Virus record (IMG/VR): IMGVR_UViG_3300001255_000001
Span: 1-64,000 of that record
Direction: 5' to 3' (one strand)
Length of the DNA: 64,000 bases
Source: an uncultured virus (IMG/VR IMGVR_UViG_3300001255_000001)
Taxonomy: Duplodnaviria; Heunggongvirae; Uroviricota; Caudoviricetes
Both the position numbers and the translations under genes were made by a program. The notes below the pieces were generated by a model that saw only the letters and a list, made by a program, of their open reading frames with translations, searched no databases and had not been told where the DNA came from. Shown one piece after another: positions 25,601 to 34,897 of the stretch; the first letter of the stretch is position 1, and each line of letters opens with the position of its first letter.

Positions 25601-26230
25601 CTATTTAGAAACCTTGTAGCCTTTTTTAGTCAAAAGGTCTATCGCTTCTTTTACTTTAGGGTCTATTTTTGCGGGTATCTTTTGTGAAGTATCTTTTGAT
25701 GCCGACGCTTTTTTTGCTGGAGTGGCTGAAGCACCAAACTTTGGTCTTCCAAATCCAACAATAGATATTAGAACTCCAGCTTTATTTTTCTTATATGCAC
25801 GAAGCTGCTTGCATACTTCTCCGCCATTTCTTTGGCTTCCAGACTTTTTTGAAGATGTGTTTCCTTCTATACACCAAACAGTTCCATCCTCATTGTCTTT
25901 AACAACAATACCTACGTGAGAAATTCTATCGACGCCATCTGAAGGGAAATCAAAATACGCTATATCTCCTGGCTCTGGATCTGCAACATCTACATCAATC
26001 CAAGCACCAGCTTTCTTAAATGCTGCTGCACCTCCTGGTGTGTAAACAGTATTAGGAATCTTTACGCCAGATTCTGACCCGCACCAGTTTACGAAACTTC
26101 CGCACCATGGTTGGAAGTTTGCTTTCATAAAAGCACCGTATTTAGTTTCGTTGTCTTTAGGACCTTCAATAGTTCCTATCTCTGCTGTAGCAACTTCTAT
26201 TAGACGAGCTGCTGTACCTTGTTCTGCCAT
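25601..26230 (-). CDS. CHAP-domain endolysin
   Basis: QPWCGSFVNW, SHVGIV and IEGNT motifs. Confidence 0.88.
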   Translation of the reverse strand: MAEQGTAARLIEVATAEIGTIEGPKDNETKYGAFMKANFQPWCGSFVNWCGSESGVKIPNTVYTPGGAAAFKKAGAWIDVDVADPEPGDIAYFDFPSDGVDRISHVGIVVKDNEDGTVWCIEGNTSSKKSGSQRNGGEVCKQLRAYKKNKAGVLISIVGFGRPKFGASATPAKKASASKDTSQKIPAKIDPKVKEAIDLLTKKGYKVSK

Positions 26231-26640
26231 TAGTCTTTATCCCAATCTAGATCAACTGGTTGCTCTTCTGGCATTGCGCCATCTGGCTTTGCTGCCAAAC
26301 GAGCTGCTGTTGCATCAATTTCTGCTTCTAATTTTTTATCCGCTTGCGTATTCTTTGCGTCTACCTCTTTGTTTGCTATCTGTGCTGCCATAATGTCTTT
26401 AGCGCCTGAGTTACCAATCAAAATTCCAGCAAGCGTTCCTGTAATAAATGTTGCAATGCTACCTAAAACATTAAAGAACATTTTGTCATTTTCTGATTGA
26501 GCTCCAATAGGCTGTGTTACGAACAACAATCCATATATGATTCCAAGCGCTGTCATAAATAGAATGCTTCCAAGTGTTATTCCTAGAATAAACTTTAAAC
26601 GAGCATCTAGATCTGCAGGCGTTAGCTTTTGTTTAGCCAT
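26230..26640 (-). CDS. two-TM membrane protein (holin candidate)
   Basis: Two hydrophobic helices; coupled to the endolysin. Confidence 0.65.
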   Translation of the reverse strand: MAKQKLTPADLDARLKFILGITLGSILFMTALGIIYGLLFVTQPIGAQSENDKMFFNVLGSIATFITGTLAGILIGNSGAKDIMAAQIANKEVDAKNTQADKKLEAEIDATAARLAAKPDGAMPEEQPVDLDWDKD

Positions 26641-26848
26641 TTGTTATTTCCTGTTCTGGTGTGGTAGGTGTAATCTCTATTACATCTTTTGTACAAGTTT
26701 GTGAAGCTTCACATTCTGGAGGATTACATTCTGCAATTTCCCAATTTTTAGGATCTTGGCATGGGTAGCGATATCTGTTTAAAGAATCACATCCAGTTAA
26801 TGATACCATTAATAGGCCAGCCAAAGCAATAGAAACTATTTTCCTCAT
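26633..26848 (-). CDS. Cys-rich lipoprotein
   Basis: MRKIVSIALAGLLMVSLTGC lipobox; leaderless -10. Confidence 0.75.
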   Translation of the reverse strand: MRKIVSIALAGLLMVSLTGCDSLNRYRYPCQDPKNWEIAECNPPECEASQTCTKDVIEITPTTPEQEITNG

Positions 26849-26865
26849 AGTATAATTATACACTA

Positions 26866-27060
26866 TTAGTCCTCTTTTCGTAGTGGTATGGTTAGAAGCC
26901 ATATTGCTGTGGCAATCAAAGTGGCGACTCCAACTACCTGCTGAGCTGATCCAGTTAGGGTTAGCCAAGCAATAAAGAATCCTAATAGGGTGAATATTTG
27001 GGCTATACTTTCCTTGATTACTTCCCATATATATTTAAATAGGGCCTTGATTATTTTCAT
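26866..27060 (-). CDS. small two-TM protein
   Basis: GGAGG RBS; hydrophobic. Confidence 0.7.
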   Translation of the reverse strand: MKIIKALFKYIWEVIKESIAQIFTLLGFFIAWLTLTGSAQQVVGVATLIATAIWLLTIPLRKED

Positions 27061-29168
27061 TATATCCTCCTAGTCATTGCAGCTGCAATAATATTTGATG
27101 CGATAATTACTGGTATTACAACTTCCTGCGCTTTTTCTCTTTGGTCATCTGTCATATCTTTACCCCATTCTGAAGGTTTTAAAATTTTTTCAAAATCTAT
27201 ATCCAATATAGCCCCTATTGGATCCGCCAAAAATGCTTCTGTTTGAACCTCTGTTGTTGCATCTGCTAAAGTATACGGCATATTCGCATCTCCTGCTGAC
27301 GCTGCTCTATCTTCAAATTCTACAAATGCCGTGGCCAATTCTGGATTGCTTTTCATTGCTTCAGCAATTGCTGATACATCTGAAGATTTAATTCCAAGGT
27401 TTTCTGCAACCTCAGATTTTGCTTCTTTTGTTAAAGCAGTTAATGTTTGGCTAATTGCAGAAACTTGTTCAGGACTTAGTATAACTAATTTATTATCTTT
27501 ACTTGTTAAATTAGCTATGACCCCAGAAAGATCTTCTGATGTTCCAGTTCCCTTTTCAGGAATAAGCGCTGCTAATTCTTCATCTTTAATTTCAACATTG
27601 TCTGTGGGCTCGTCTGTTGGTTCATCTGTTGGTTCAGATGTAGGCTCGTCTGTAGGCTCTGGTGTTGGTTTATCTGTTGGTTCAGATGTAGGCTCGTCTG
27701 TGGGCTCGTCTGTTGGTTCAGATGTGGGTTCAGATGTAGGCTCGTCTGTAGGCTCTGGTGTTGGTTCATCTGTTGGTTCAGATGTAGGCTCGTCTGTAGG
27801 CTCTGGTGTTGGTTCATCTGTTGGTTCAGATGTAGGCTCGTCTGTAGGCTCTGGTGTTGGTTCTGGTGTTGGCTGATTTGCTGCAGCGTTTGCTGCTGCT
27901 TGTGCAATTGCGGCGTTTAATTCTCTTTCAGATTGTTCAAAATAATAGTTCCATGCATCTTCAATAGCAGAATTTAAATCAATTATAGATTGATCATATG
28001 TGTTTATTCTATTATTTTTTAATTCTAAAGCAGATGTTAGGTTTTGTTGTGCAATTGTTAGGTTTTGGCTTGCTGTTGTAAGGCTTGATGTGAGATTTTG
28101 CAAGGCTTGAACTTCTTGATTATAAACATTTAGTTTGTCATTATATACTGCTAATTTATTATTATAGTTTGTTTGTGCTATAGCTTGTCCTGCAACAGCA
28201 TCATTGTAAGCATTTATCTGTGCTTGAGTTGGTACTGATCCAGAAGAAAATGTATTAAGATTACAGCTAAAATTTTGTCCCCAGACTCTTGGATTTCCAG
28301 CATAATCACATCCTGCTCCAGTCCATCCACCAGGTATAGCCCAGCCAAGATGATAGGAACCTGGTCCTCCACCGTTATACCACCATATTTCTACATCTAA
28401 AGTTTTGTCTTCACTAACATCATATACGGGAGAGTAATCGCTCCAAGTTGTCCCTTGCTCTACCCAGTTATCAACAGCAAGTTGCCCGTCAACATACATT
28501 CTAAAACCATCATCTGTATATCCTGCAAAGTAGGTTTGTGTAAACCATGAAGGGACTGTTATCTGTCCAGTAAATTTAACTATAAGGTTTTCATATCTAT
28601 TTCCGCACACTGGAAGACTCATATGGCTTGAGTTCCAGGTGCCAGAACAAAGAACAGATCCTGGGGTAGCAACATTGCCCTGCCTAACAAGAGTATAAAC
28701 AGTGTATGCCAAACCTGTTCCTCCAGCACTCTGCATACTTGATTGAGTAGTTTGAACATTAATATTGGCTATGCTGAGTGCATCTTGAGCATCATTCTTT
28801 TCTTCAAGAGCGTTGTCTTTATGTTCAAGGGCCAAGGCTACTGTGACTGTCTGGCCATCTACATTTGACTGAGCAAGGTTTTTAGCTTCCAGTGCTGCGG
28901 ATTCTGCATTTACTGCATCTTCGTGGGCATCATAGGAATCATCTCTAAGCTCCAAAGCATTTGTGGCATATGTAAATTTATTTTCTGCTATGTCTATAAG
29001 ATCTATAAAATCATCTTGATAAACTAAATTAGATACCTTACTATTAAGCTCTTCTATTTCTTGAGCGGCTAGGCTAAGTGGATCATCTCCGTGGGCAGGA
29101 GTAAGAAATACCCATCCAAACATTAAAATGGTGGCTAATGATAATCTCCATGCTTTAGTCCTAGTCAA
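27060..29168 (-). CDS. exported PA14-domain protein with coiled coils and P/T/E/D repeats
   Basis: Signal peptide; TDDGFRMYVDG..VDNW and WYNGGG PA14 motifs. Confidence 0.82.
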   Translation of the reverse strand: MTRTKAWRLSLATILMFGWVFLTPAHGDDPLSLAAQEIEELNSKVSNLVYQDDFIDLIDIAENKFTYATNALELRDDSYDAHEDAVNAESAALEAKNLAQSNVDGQTVTVALALEHKDNALEEKNDAQDALSIANINVQTTQSSMQSAGGTGLAYTVYTLVRQGNVATPGSVLCSGTWNSSHMSLPVCGNRYENLIVKFTGQITVPSWFTQTYFAGYTDDGFRMYVDGQLAVDNWVEQGTTWSDYSPVYDVSEDKTLDVEIWWYNGGGPGSYHLGWAIPGGWTGAGCDYAGNPRVWGQNFSCNLNTFSSGSVPTQAQINAYNDAVAGQAIAQTNYNNKLAVYNDKLNVYNQEVQALQNLTSSLTTASQNLTIAQQNLTSALELKNNRINTYDQSIIDLNSAIEDAWNYYFEQSERELNAAIAQAAANAAANQPTPEPTPEPTDEPTSEPTDEPTPEPTDEPTSEPTDEPTPEPTDEPTSEPTSEPTDEPTDEPTSEPTDKPTPEPTDEPTSEPTDEPTDEPTDNVEIKDEELAALIPEKGTGTSEDLSGVIANLTSKDNKLVILSPEQVSAISQTLTALTKEAKSEVAENLGIKSSDVSAIAEAMKSNPELATAFVEFEDRAASAGDANMPYTLADATTEVQTEAFLADPIGAILDIDFEKILKPSEWGKDMTDDQREKAQEVVIPVIIASNIIAAAMTRRI
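27601..27875. repeat. 12-bp-unit coding repeat (EPTD/EPTS/EPTP linker)
   Basis: Tandem GGCTCGTCTGTA/GGTTCAGATGTA variants. Confidence 0.9.
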
Positions 29169-29219
29169 TTATAACTCCTACATAACAAATTTTGTTACAT
29201 AGTAATTATACCACTTTAA

Positions 29220-29408
29220 CTATTTAGGATTGTCGGTTTTATAAAACCCGTTTCCCTTAAATTGTATGCCAAAAGAGCTGAAGTGTCTTGTCATTATGGA
29301 CTCACATTCAGCGCATGTGTATCCTGGATCATCTTCTGAAATTGAACGGGTTACTGAAAGTATTGCATGTGCATCATCGTAAGAACATTTATATTCATAT
29401 ACTGGCAT
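29220..29408 (-). CDS. FmdB-family zinc ribbon protein
   Basis: MPVYEYKC...CAEC...FKGNGFYKTD. Confidence 0.88.
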   Translation of the reverse strand: MPVYEYKCSYDDAHAILSVTRSISEDDPGYTCAECESIMTRHFSSFGIQFKGNGFYKTDNPK

Positions 29409-29620
29409 TACTTTCTACCCCACTTAACTTTATTCCACCCACGCTCATGAAAATAATAAAGAATAGTTTTTGTAAATACCTCAAAGCTTGCGATTGCACC
29501 TGCTGTAACTGGCTCTTTGGTTATGGCCCATGATATAACAAATGTGTCTGCTGTGCCTATGACACGCCATGTAATTGCTTTTAATGCTGATCTTTGTTTA
29601 GTTACATTCATGATGGCCAC
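29408..29620 (-). CDS. DUF2061 membrane protein
   Basis: RSALKAITWRVIGT.DT...LYYFHERGW. Confidence 0.88.
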   Translation of the reverse strand: MAIMNVTKQRSALKAITWRVIGTADTFVISWAITKEPVTAGAIASFEVFTKTILYYFHERGWNKVKWGRK

Positions 29621-29656
29621 TCAATGTTGTTTGGCTTAGCTATGAAGCTCCAAACT

Positions 29657-30412
29657 TTAGATACCCATCTCTTTACGTTTTTGTGTAGCCGAGATCGCTT
29701 CAATTTCATCTCCCAACTTTACTTGCTCAATCTTGTATCCCACATCTCTTCCATATACAATGTTAGTAATATTAGGCATCTTGATAACCATTGCTTTGTC
29801 CATTACTGGATCTTTAGCAATATACTCTTTAACCTGATTAAAATCAAGCGGATCTTTTTCGCTGGTCTTATATGTATTTCTAACACCTAGCATTACTTGA
29901 TACGTTCTATTTCCCGCCTCTTCATACAGGGCATGATGTCCTTCATGCCATGGCTGGTAGCGACCAAGCATCAATGTAGTTGGCTGTCTCCAATCGTGCA
30001 ATTGAAAATCGACACAGGCTATTCTAGCTGCAACATCATATTCTGTCATGTCATCAAACATTAAATCTGGATTTGCTGGTGTTTCCCACATTGCGGTTGT
30101 ATCTGGGAAGTCTCTGACTGGTTTTCTGTTCATCCAAACAACTTTGTCTGGGTTTCCAAAAGATGCTCTTGTTTCTGCTGTTGGGTTAACAAAATCTACA
30201 ACAACATGATAACCTTGATTTGAAAGTAGCCTTGATAGTGCTCCCATTCTGCGAGCCTGTTCCAGTCTGTCTTCTGGGCTAAACCCTAGATCTTTATTTA
30301 GTTCTGCTCTTACTGCGTCTGCATTTAAATGAACAGCGTTTATTCTATCTGCCAGCTCTTTTGCAAATGTAGTCTTGCCAGCTCCTGGTAGCCCTATAAC
30401 TTGTATAATCAT
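29657..30412 (-). CDS. APS-kinase-like P-loop domain fused to HxGH nucleotidyltransferase
   Basis: GLPGAGKTT and DLGFSPEDR; LGRYQPWHEGH. Confidence 0.85.
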   Translation of the reverse strand: MIIQVIGLPGAGKTTFAKELADRINAVHLNADAVRAELNKDLGFSPEDRLEQARRMGALSRLLSNQGYHVVVDFVNPTAETRASFGNPDKVVWMNRKPVRDFPDTTAMWETPANPDLMFDDMTEYDVAARIACVDFQLHDWRQPTTLMLGRYQPWHEGHHALYEEAGNRTYQVMLGVRNTYKTSEKDPLDFNQVKEYIAKDPVMDKAMVIKMPNITNIVYGRDVGYKIEQVKLGDEIEAISATQKRKEMGI

Positions 30413-30431
30413 TTTTATCCTTAATGTTTGG

Positions 30432-30459
30432 TGAGCAGTTTTAACACATGCTCAGGTGT
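30432..30459 (-). ncRNA. H-type pseudoknot RNA element, copy 3
   Basis: On the - strand: ACAC/GTGT stem, loop CTGAGCAT, then TAAAAC-TGCTCA. Confidence 0.7.
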
Positions 30460-30473
30460 AGGCGATCACCTGA

Positions 30474-30890
30474 TTATTTAATTTTTAGAATTTTTGGTTG
30501 TTTTTCTTTTGGTAGGTTTCGAACAACACGAATATTTAACATGCCATCCTTTAGCTCTACACTAGAAACTTCCATGTATTCACTTAGTTCAAATATTCGT
30601 GTGAACTTACGTGCAGCAATTCCCTTATGGACAACTTCTGCGTCTGTTACTTCTGTAATTTCACCTGTAATCCAAAGACTGCCGTCTTCGATTGATACAG
30701 TTAAATCTTCTCTTGTGAATCCAGCAACTGCCAGCGTTAACTGATAGTTGTCTTCGTCTAGCTTTAGCAAATCGTACGGCGGGAATGCAGTATTATTTAC
30801 CTTACTAAGACTATTGAAACGCTCCAACTCTCTGTTGAAGCCAATAAAAAATGGATCCTTAAATAGATCCATAGCAAATTGTGTTACCAT
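30474..30890 (-). CDS. Hsp20 small heat-shock protein
   Basis: FPPYD, LAVAGF, HKGIAARKF and LKDGML motifs. Confidence 0.95.
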   Translation of the reverse strand: MVTQFAMDLFKDPFFIGFNRELERFNSLSKVNNTAFPPYDLLKLDEDNYQLTLAVAGFTREDLTVSIEDGSLWITGEITEVTDAEVVHKGIAARKFTRIFELSEYMEVSSVELKDGMLNIRVVRNLPKEKQPKILKIK

Positions 30891-30977
30891 TTTATTCTCC
30901 TTTTAAGCAAGTAATTTAGTCGCCCCCATTTGGCAGGCGACTAAATAATTATACCATTTACTTGGATAGTTATGCAA

Positions 30978-31385
30978 CTATTTTTTTGATTTGGCCCTTT
31001 GTTTTGCTAAAGCGCTAAAATCTTTTACCTTTGTTTCTCCCATATAGCCCCAAGCGTATCCGTCGTCTATCATTTTTTGATTGATAGACACATCAGATCC
31101 ATCTAGGAATACCCAGCCTAAAATTCGACCATATTTTTCTGAAGAGTCCATCTTTTCTGTTTTTATTACAACAGTCTTTGCTGCTTCAATTGCGCTTTTT
31201 AAATATGCCTTAGACTCAAGCCCTAATGATTTTTCAAGCTTATCTGATGTTCTGCTTTCTGGCGTATCAATACCAGCCAATCGAACTCTAGAACTAAATG
31301 AAATATCAAACCCAAGATCTATATCGACATCTATAGTGTCTCCATCAACAATTTTGCTAACCTTTTTTACATAATATTCAAACAT
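30978..31385 (-). CDS. thermonuclease (SNase-like)
   Basis: VDGDT, RVRLAGIDTPE and KYGRILG motifs. Confidence 0.9.
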   Translation of the reverse strand: MFEYYVKKVSKIVDGDTIDVDIDLGFDISFSSRVRLAGIDTPESRTSDKLEKSLGLESKAYLKSAIEAAKTVVIKTEKMDSSEKYGRILGWVFLDGSDVSINQKMIDDGYAWGYMGETKVKDFSALAKQRAKSKK

Positions 31386-31388
31386 GAT

Positions 31389-32000
31389 TTACTCCGCAGG
31401 GTTTTCATATAAATATGCAGAGGTTACAAATCTTTCCCCTGAGATAAGAGTTTTAACGCCATGCTCTGACATGCTAGGGAATACTAATACTGAGCCTGCC
31501 TCTGGTTTCACAATTAAATCTAAATCAGGAAATTCTAATTCCCCGCCCTCAAAGTCTTCATTGAACCATAAAAGTGCTGTGAAAGAAGGAACAATACCAA
31601 CTCCGCCATCTCCATGCGGAAGCATGAAAGAGCCCTCTGTGTATTTTCTTACAACTATATTTTTTTGGTCTATCCAAGTACGTTCTGGCATTTCATTGAC
31701 ATCTATATTATTTTCAACTGGTGATGCAATATTTAAAGAAAGTCTTTCTTTATTTTTCCCAACATAATCTTCAAATACATTTTTAAATATATCCATCAAA
31801 TCAGAATAATTATTTGTATCTGGCCAAACAATTACAGCAGATCCTTTAATTCCACTATGGCCTTCTGTGCCATCTGGATTTAAGCCATTTGTATATTCGA
31901 ACCAATTAGCCTGGCCTTGTATCCTTTTTAACAAAGCATTAATGTTTGGATTTACATTTTTATAATACCAAATATCTTCTGTCAACTTAACGTGGTTCAT
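31389..32000 (-). CDS. 2OG-Fe(II) oxygenase
   Basis: HGD...WFNEDFEGGELEF...FPS..EHGV...GER. Confidence 0.9.
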   Translation of the reverse strand: MNHVKLTEDIWYYKNVNPNINALLKRIQGQANWFEYTNGLNPDGTEGHSGIKGSAVIVWPDTNNYSDLMDIFKNVFEDYVGKNKERLSLNIASPVENNIDVNEMPERTWIDQKNIVVRKYTEGSFMLPHGDGGVGIVPSFTALLWFNEDFEGGELEFPDLDLIVKPEAGSVLVFPSMSEHGVKTLISGERFVTSAYLYENPAE

Positions 32001-32098
32001 TTTTTCTCCCTTAAAATAATTAAACAAAATTTTACATCTACCCAATTAAGGGACGGATAGTCCTATTATACTATAACATTAGGCTATCTTATATTAAG

Positions 32099-32171
32099 TG
32101 CCCTTGGAAGGAATCGAACCTCCGACACGCAGGGTAGAAACCTGCTGCTCTATCCCCTGAGCTACAAAGGC
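32099..32171 (-). tRNA. tRNA-Arg(TCT)
   Basis: Cloverleaf; GCAGG-TTTCTAC-CCTGC. Confidence 0.92.
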
Positions 32172-32175
32172 ATCG

Positions 32176-32249
32176 TGTGCCAGGTAGGACTTGAACCTAC
32201 GATTACCGAATTATGAGTTCGGGGCTTTAACCAACTAAGCTACTGGCAC
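32176..32249 (-). tRNA. tRNA with CAT anticodon (elongator Met or Ile2)
   Basis: Cloverleaf; CCGAA-CTCATAA-TTCGG; paired 1:72. Confidence 0.9.
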
Positions 32250-32269
32250 CTAAGCTTAATTGTACTATA

Positions 32270-32506
32270 TTAGTTCTGGGTGTCAATAGACGACTCTACT
32301 ATACTCTGAACGTATTCTGAGAAGTGTTTGCGTACACTTCCAGCTGGCCTAGAGCCATAAGAATCCCATATCCTCTTGTACTCAATAACATTATAGTATG
32401 TTGTTGGACACATAATGATATTATTATACTCTTTCATTTTTGTGGGCAAGGGAACATGCTTTGTACAGCATTTACATTCTTTTGCTTTTTCTTGATACTC
32501 GCTCAT
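32270..32506 (-). CDS. hypothetical protein
   Basis: Coupled to the terminase gene. Confidence 0.7.
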   Translation of the reverse strand: MSEYQEKAKECKCCTKHVPLPTKMKEYNNIIMCPTTYYNVIEYKRIWDSYGSRPAGSVRKHFSEYVQSIVESSIDTQN

Positions 32507-34308
32507 ATTATCTCCATGCTTTCTATAGATCTAGCTAAACTTTCAGGCATTCTAGGTGCACGAATCATATTCTGAACATACTCTACTTCGCCATCGTTGC
32601 CGTTTGCAAAGTCGTTATCGTAGCTCATTGATTCATAGTCGTGTATTTTTATCTCTTCATCTCTTTTTATTCTGCTTCTGCTTATAGAGTTATAAACTGC
32701 TCCGCATACAGCGTCCGCTAAGTCTTTGGATCCTTTTCTCGGGTGGTCAACTTTATCTCTCATAATTCTTAGCTGAAGCAATTCATCAATTAAGAGCGGT
32801 ATATGTGGTCCAGATAGCCTTTCTTCTAGAACAACCATTGCCATATCATCATAATGTTTTTTTGCAACTGAAAGAATTTCTGTATTAATTCCATATGTTT
32901 TTAACTGCTGCATCATATCATGAGAGTTCCATCTATCAAAGGTGCAAACCTTTATATTGAATCCTCTAGTTTTTAAAGAAAGTATATAGTCTTTTACTTC
33001 TGTAAAGTCTACAGACTTATCTGGAGTAGGTGTCCAAAATCTAACCGCATCTATTTCTACAATTGGTGCTGGCTGGTTGTAGGTATCTGTTACTTTTATA
33101 TCAACCCATTTATTTACGTGACCCATGGCAACTGCACAGTGGTCATGCTTTTGAGCTAAATCCACATGTATAAAATAATCTTTTCCTTCTTCTGGCTTAA
33201 ACCATTCTTCTAATCTTCCAAAAGAATCTACTGCTAGGTGAGCTTTATTAAACGCCTTCTCTATCTTGTCTCTTGATTTGAAAAATGCGTCAACTGCGTC
33301 AGTTGGCATACATGCAAATCTTCCTAGTGCGTCTTGTGGATTTTTGTGAAAAGCAACAGTAAAATCTGTTATCTTTTTTGTAGGATTTACTTCCCAAGTA
33401 GGCCTTTTTAAAGCAAAAACTCTTGGGTAAACATAAGAAACAATATGGTCTTCTTCCCATGAAACCTCAAATTCGTTTCCTGCTGTTCCGTTTGGAAGAT
33501 CCTGGTCTAGCTTTAGTATCTCTGTTCTAATAATTGTTTCTTTTTCTGCAATAACTGATTGATAAAACTTTTGTATTGGATCGTTTTTAAATCTTGGAAA
33601 TGACAGCAGGATAACCTTTCCAAAGTCTGGGAAGCGTGAGTCTACTGAAGCACGATACATATCATATATAGCATCTGCTGTTTTAGCCTGATCGTGGCCG
33701 CTTGTATTTTCTGTTGCGAAGCCTGATATCTCATCAAGTATTACTACAAGAACATTGTACCCCTCCCATGCCTCTCTTTCGGAGTGACCAGAGTGTACAG
33801 TAATTGATTTATCAAATTTAATTTCTGACGCTTTATCTGTATACTTGCCAGCAAACCACGGAGAAACTTCAATTCTCATCTTAAAGCCTTTAAAGAAAAC
33901 ATTATTTGCTTGCTGTGAGTTTATAGCAATGTTTAGGATATCAATTGCATCTCTAGGTGGCTTTCCATAATAAGCTGCTGGATCCTTTAAGCATAAAAGT
34001 AAGTAAACTATATATGCAACTGCAATAGTTGATGAGTAGTCTTTACCAGACCCTTTGCCTAACTGTGCAATAACTTCAACACAGGTTTGTTTAAACATTT
34101 TCTTGCCGAGCTCTTCCCCATATAATTTTATTAGAGTAGACTCTTTGTAAATCTGAGAGCTTCGCTCTATTAATGTATATTGATTTTCTGAAAGTGGTGG
34201 AAGACCTAGGTAGTCTGGGCTAGTTACAAATGTCTGTAGGTCTACTGGGCGCTCTTCAAACTCTTCACCATCTAAAATTTCTATAAAATCTGAAAAATCA
34301 AGTGGCAT
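32503..34308 (-). CDS. terL: terminase large subunit
   Basis: Walker A GKGSGKD, Walker B VILDE, nuclease HVDLA and HPRKGSKDLADA. Confidence 0.92.
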   Translation of the reverse strand: MPLDFSDFIEILDGEEFEERPVDLQTFVTSPDYLGLPPLSENQYTLIERSSQIYKESTLIKLYGEELGKKMFKQTCVEVIAQLGKGSGKDYSSTIAVAYIVYLLLCLKDPAAYYGKPPRDAIDILNIAINSQQANNVFFKGFKMRIEVSPWFAGKYTDKASEIKFDKSITVHSGHSEREAWEGYNVLVVILDEISGFATENTSGHDQAKTADAIYDMYRASVDSRFPDFGKVILLSFPRFKNDPIQKFYQSVIAEKETIIRTEILKLDQDLPNGTAGNEFEVSWEEDHIVSYVYPRVFALKRPTWEVNPTKKITDFTVAFHKNPQDALGRFACMPTDAVDAFFKSRDKIEKAFNKAHLAVDSFGRLEEWFKPEEGKDYFIHVDLAQKHDHCAVAMGHVNKWVDIKVTDTYNQPAPIVEIDAVRFWTPTPDKSVDFTEVKDYILSLKTRGFNIKVCTFDRWNSHDMMQQLKTYGINTEILSVAKKHYDDMAMVVLEERLSGPHIPLLIDELLQLRIMRDKVDHPRKGSKDLADAVCGAVYNSISRSRIKRDEEIKIHDYESMSYDNDFANGNDGEVEYVQNMIRAPRMPESLARSIESMEII

Positions 34309-34897
34309 AGTTAAACCCTTTTGGAACTTTTATTTTTTTAAAAATTTTATTTGAATGAAAATATCTTATATCGCTTTTTAATTCTTTGACTTCATGAAAG
34401 CATATATCTTCGGCGCTATGTATAATCAAATCTCCTTTTTTTGGGCTGTAGGATACTCCTTGATTGATATAGCTAATCTCTGCGCCATCGAAATCATTAA
34501 AGTACAATACAATACCAGCAACGGTATCTTCAGCTAAATCAAATTCTTCTAGATCTTTTGCAATCTTGCTTGCTTCTCTTGCAGGCAAAGAGTCATGGTT
34601 ATCGGAGTGCGGGGCCCCTCTGTATCCTTTTCTCATTACAGATACACCACGATCTGAGCCGAGGTAGTATCCATCTTCAAGCAAGCTGATTACCCTGTTG
34701 TCTACCTCAATAATTTTTTCTAGCCAAACAACAGACCTTTCGTAGAATGTTATTGTTTCATTTTTATTAGTCCACCAATTATCTTCTGATATACTTTCTG
34801 ACTCTAACACTATTTGATTACAGTCATCATCAGATACAAAACCATGAAAAACATATGAGTCTTTACATAACTCCACGAAGCCACTCTTATCAAACAT
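34298..34897 (-). CDS. 2OG-Fe(II) oxygenase between the terminase subunits
   Basis: HSD...LYFNDFDG...HEV...R. Confidence 0.82.
   Translation of the reverse strand: MFDKSGFVELCKDSYVFHGFVSDDDCNQIVLESESISEDNWWTNKNETITFYERSVVWLEKIIEVDNRVISLLEDGYYLGSDRGVSVMRKGYRGAPHSDNHDSLPAREASKIAKDLEEFDLAEDTVAGIVLYFNDFDGAEISYINQGVSYSPKKGDLIIHSAEDICFHEVKELKSDIRYFHSNKIFKKIKVPKGFNYAT

Noticed and set aside
27601..27875. Tandem repeats that might suggest a CRISPR array
   Set aside because: They are in-frame 12-bp units encoding a P/T/E/D linker, with no unique spacers.
29183..29198. TAACAAA-T-TTTGTTA palindrome upstream of the PA14 gene
   Set aside because: A single AT-only palindrome in AT-rich DNA; chance cannot be excluded.
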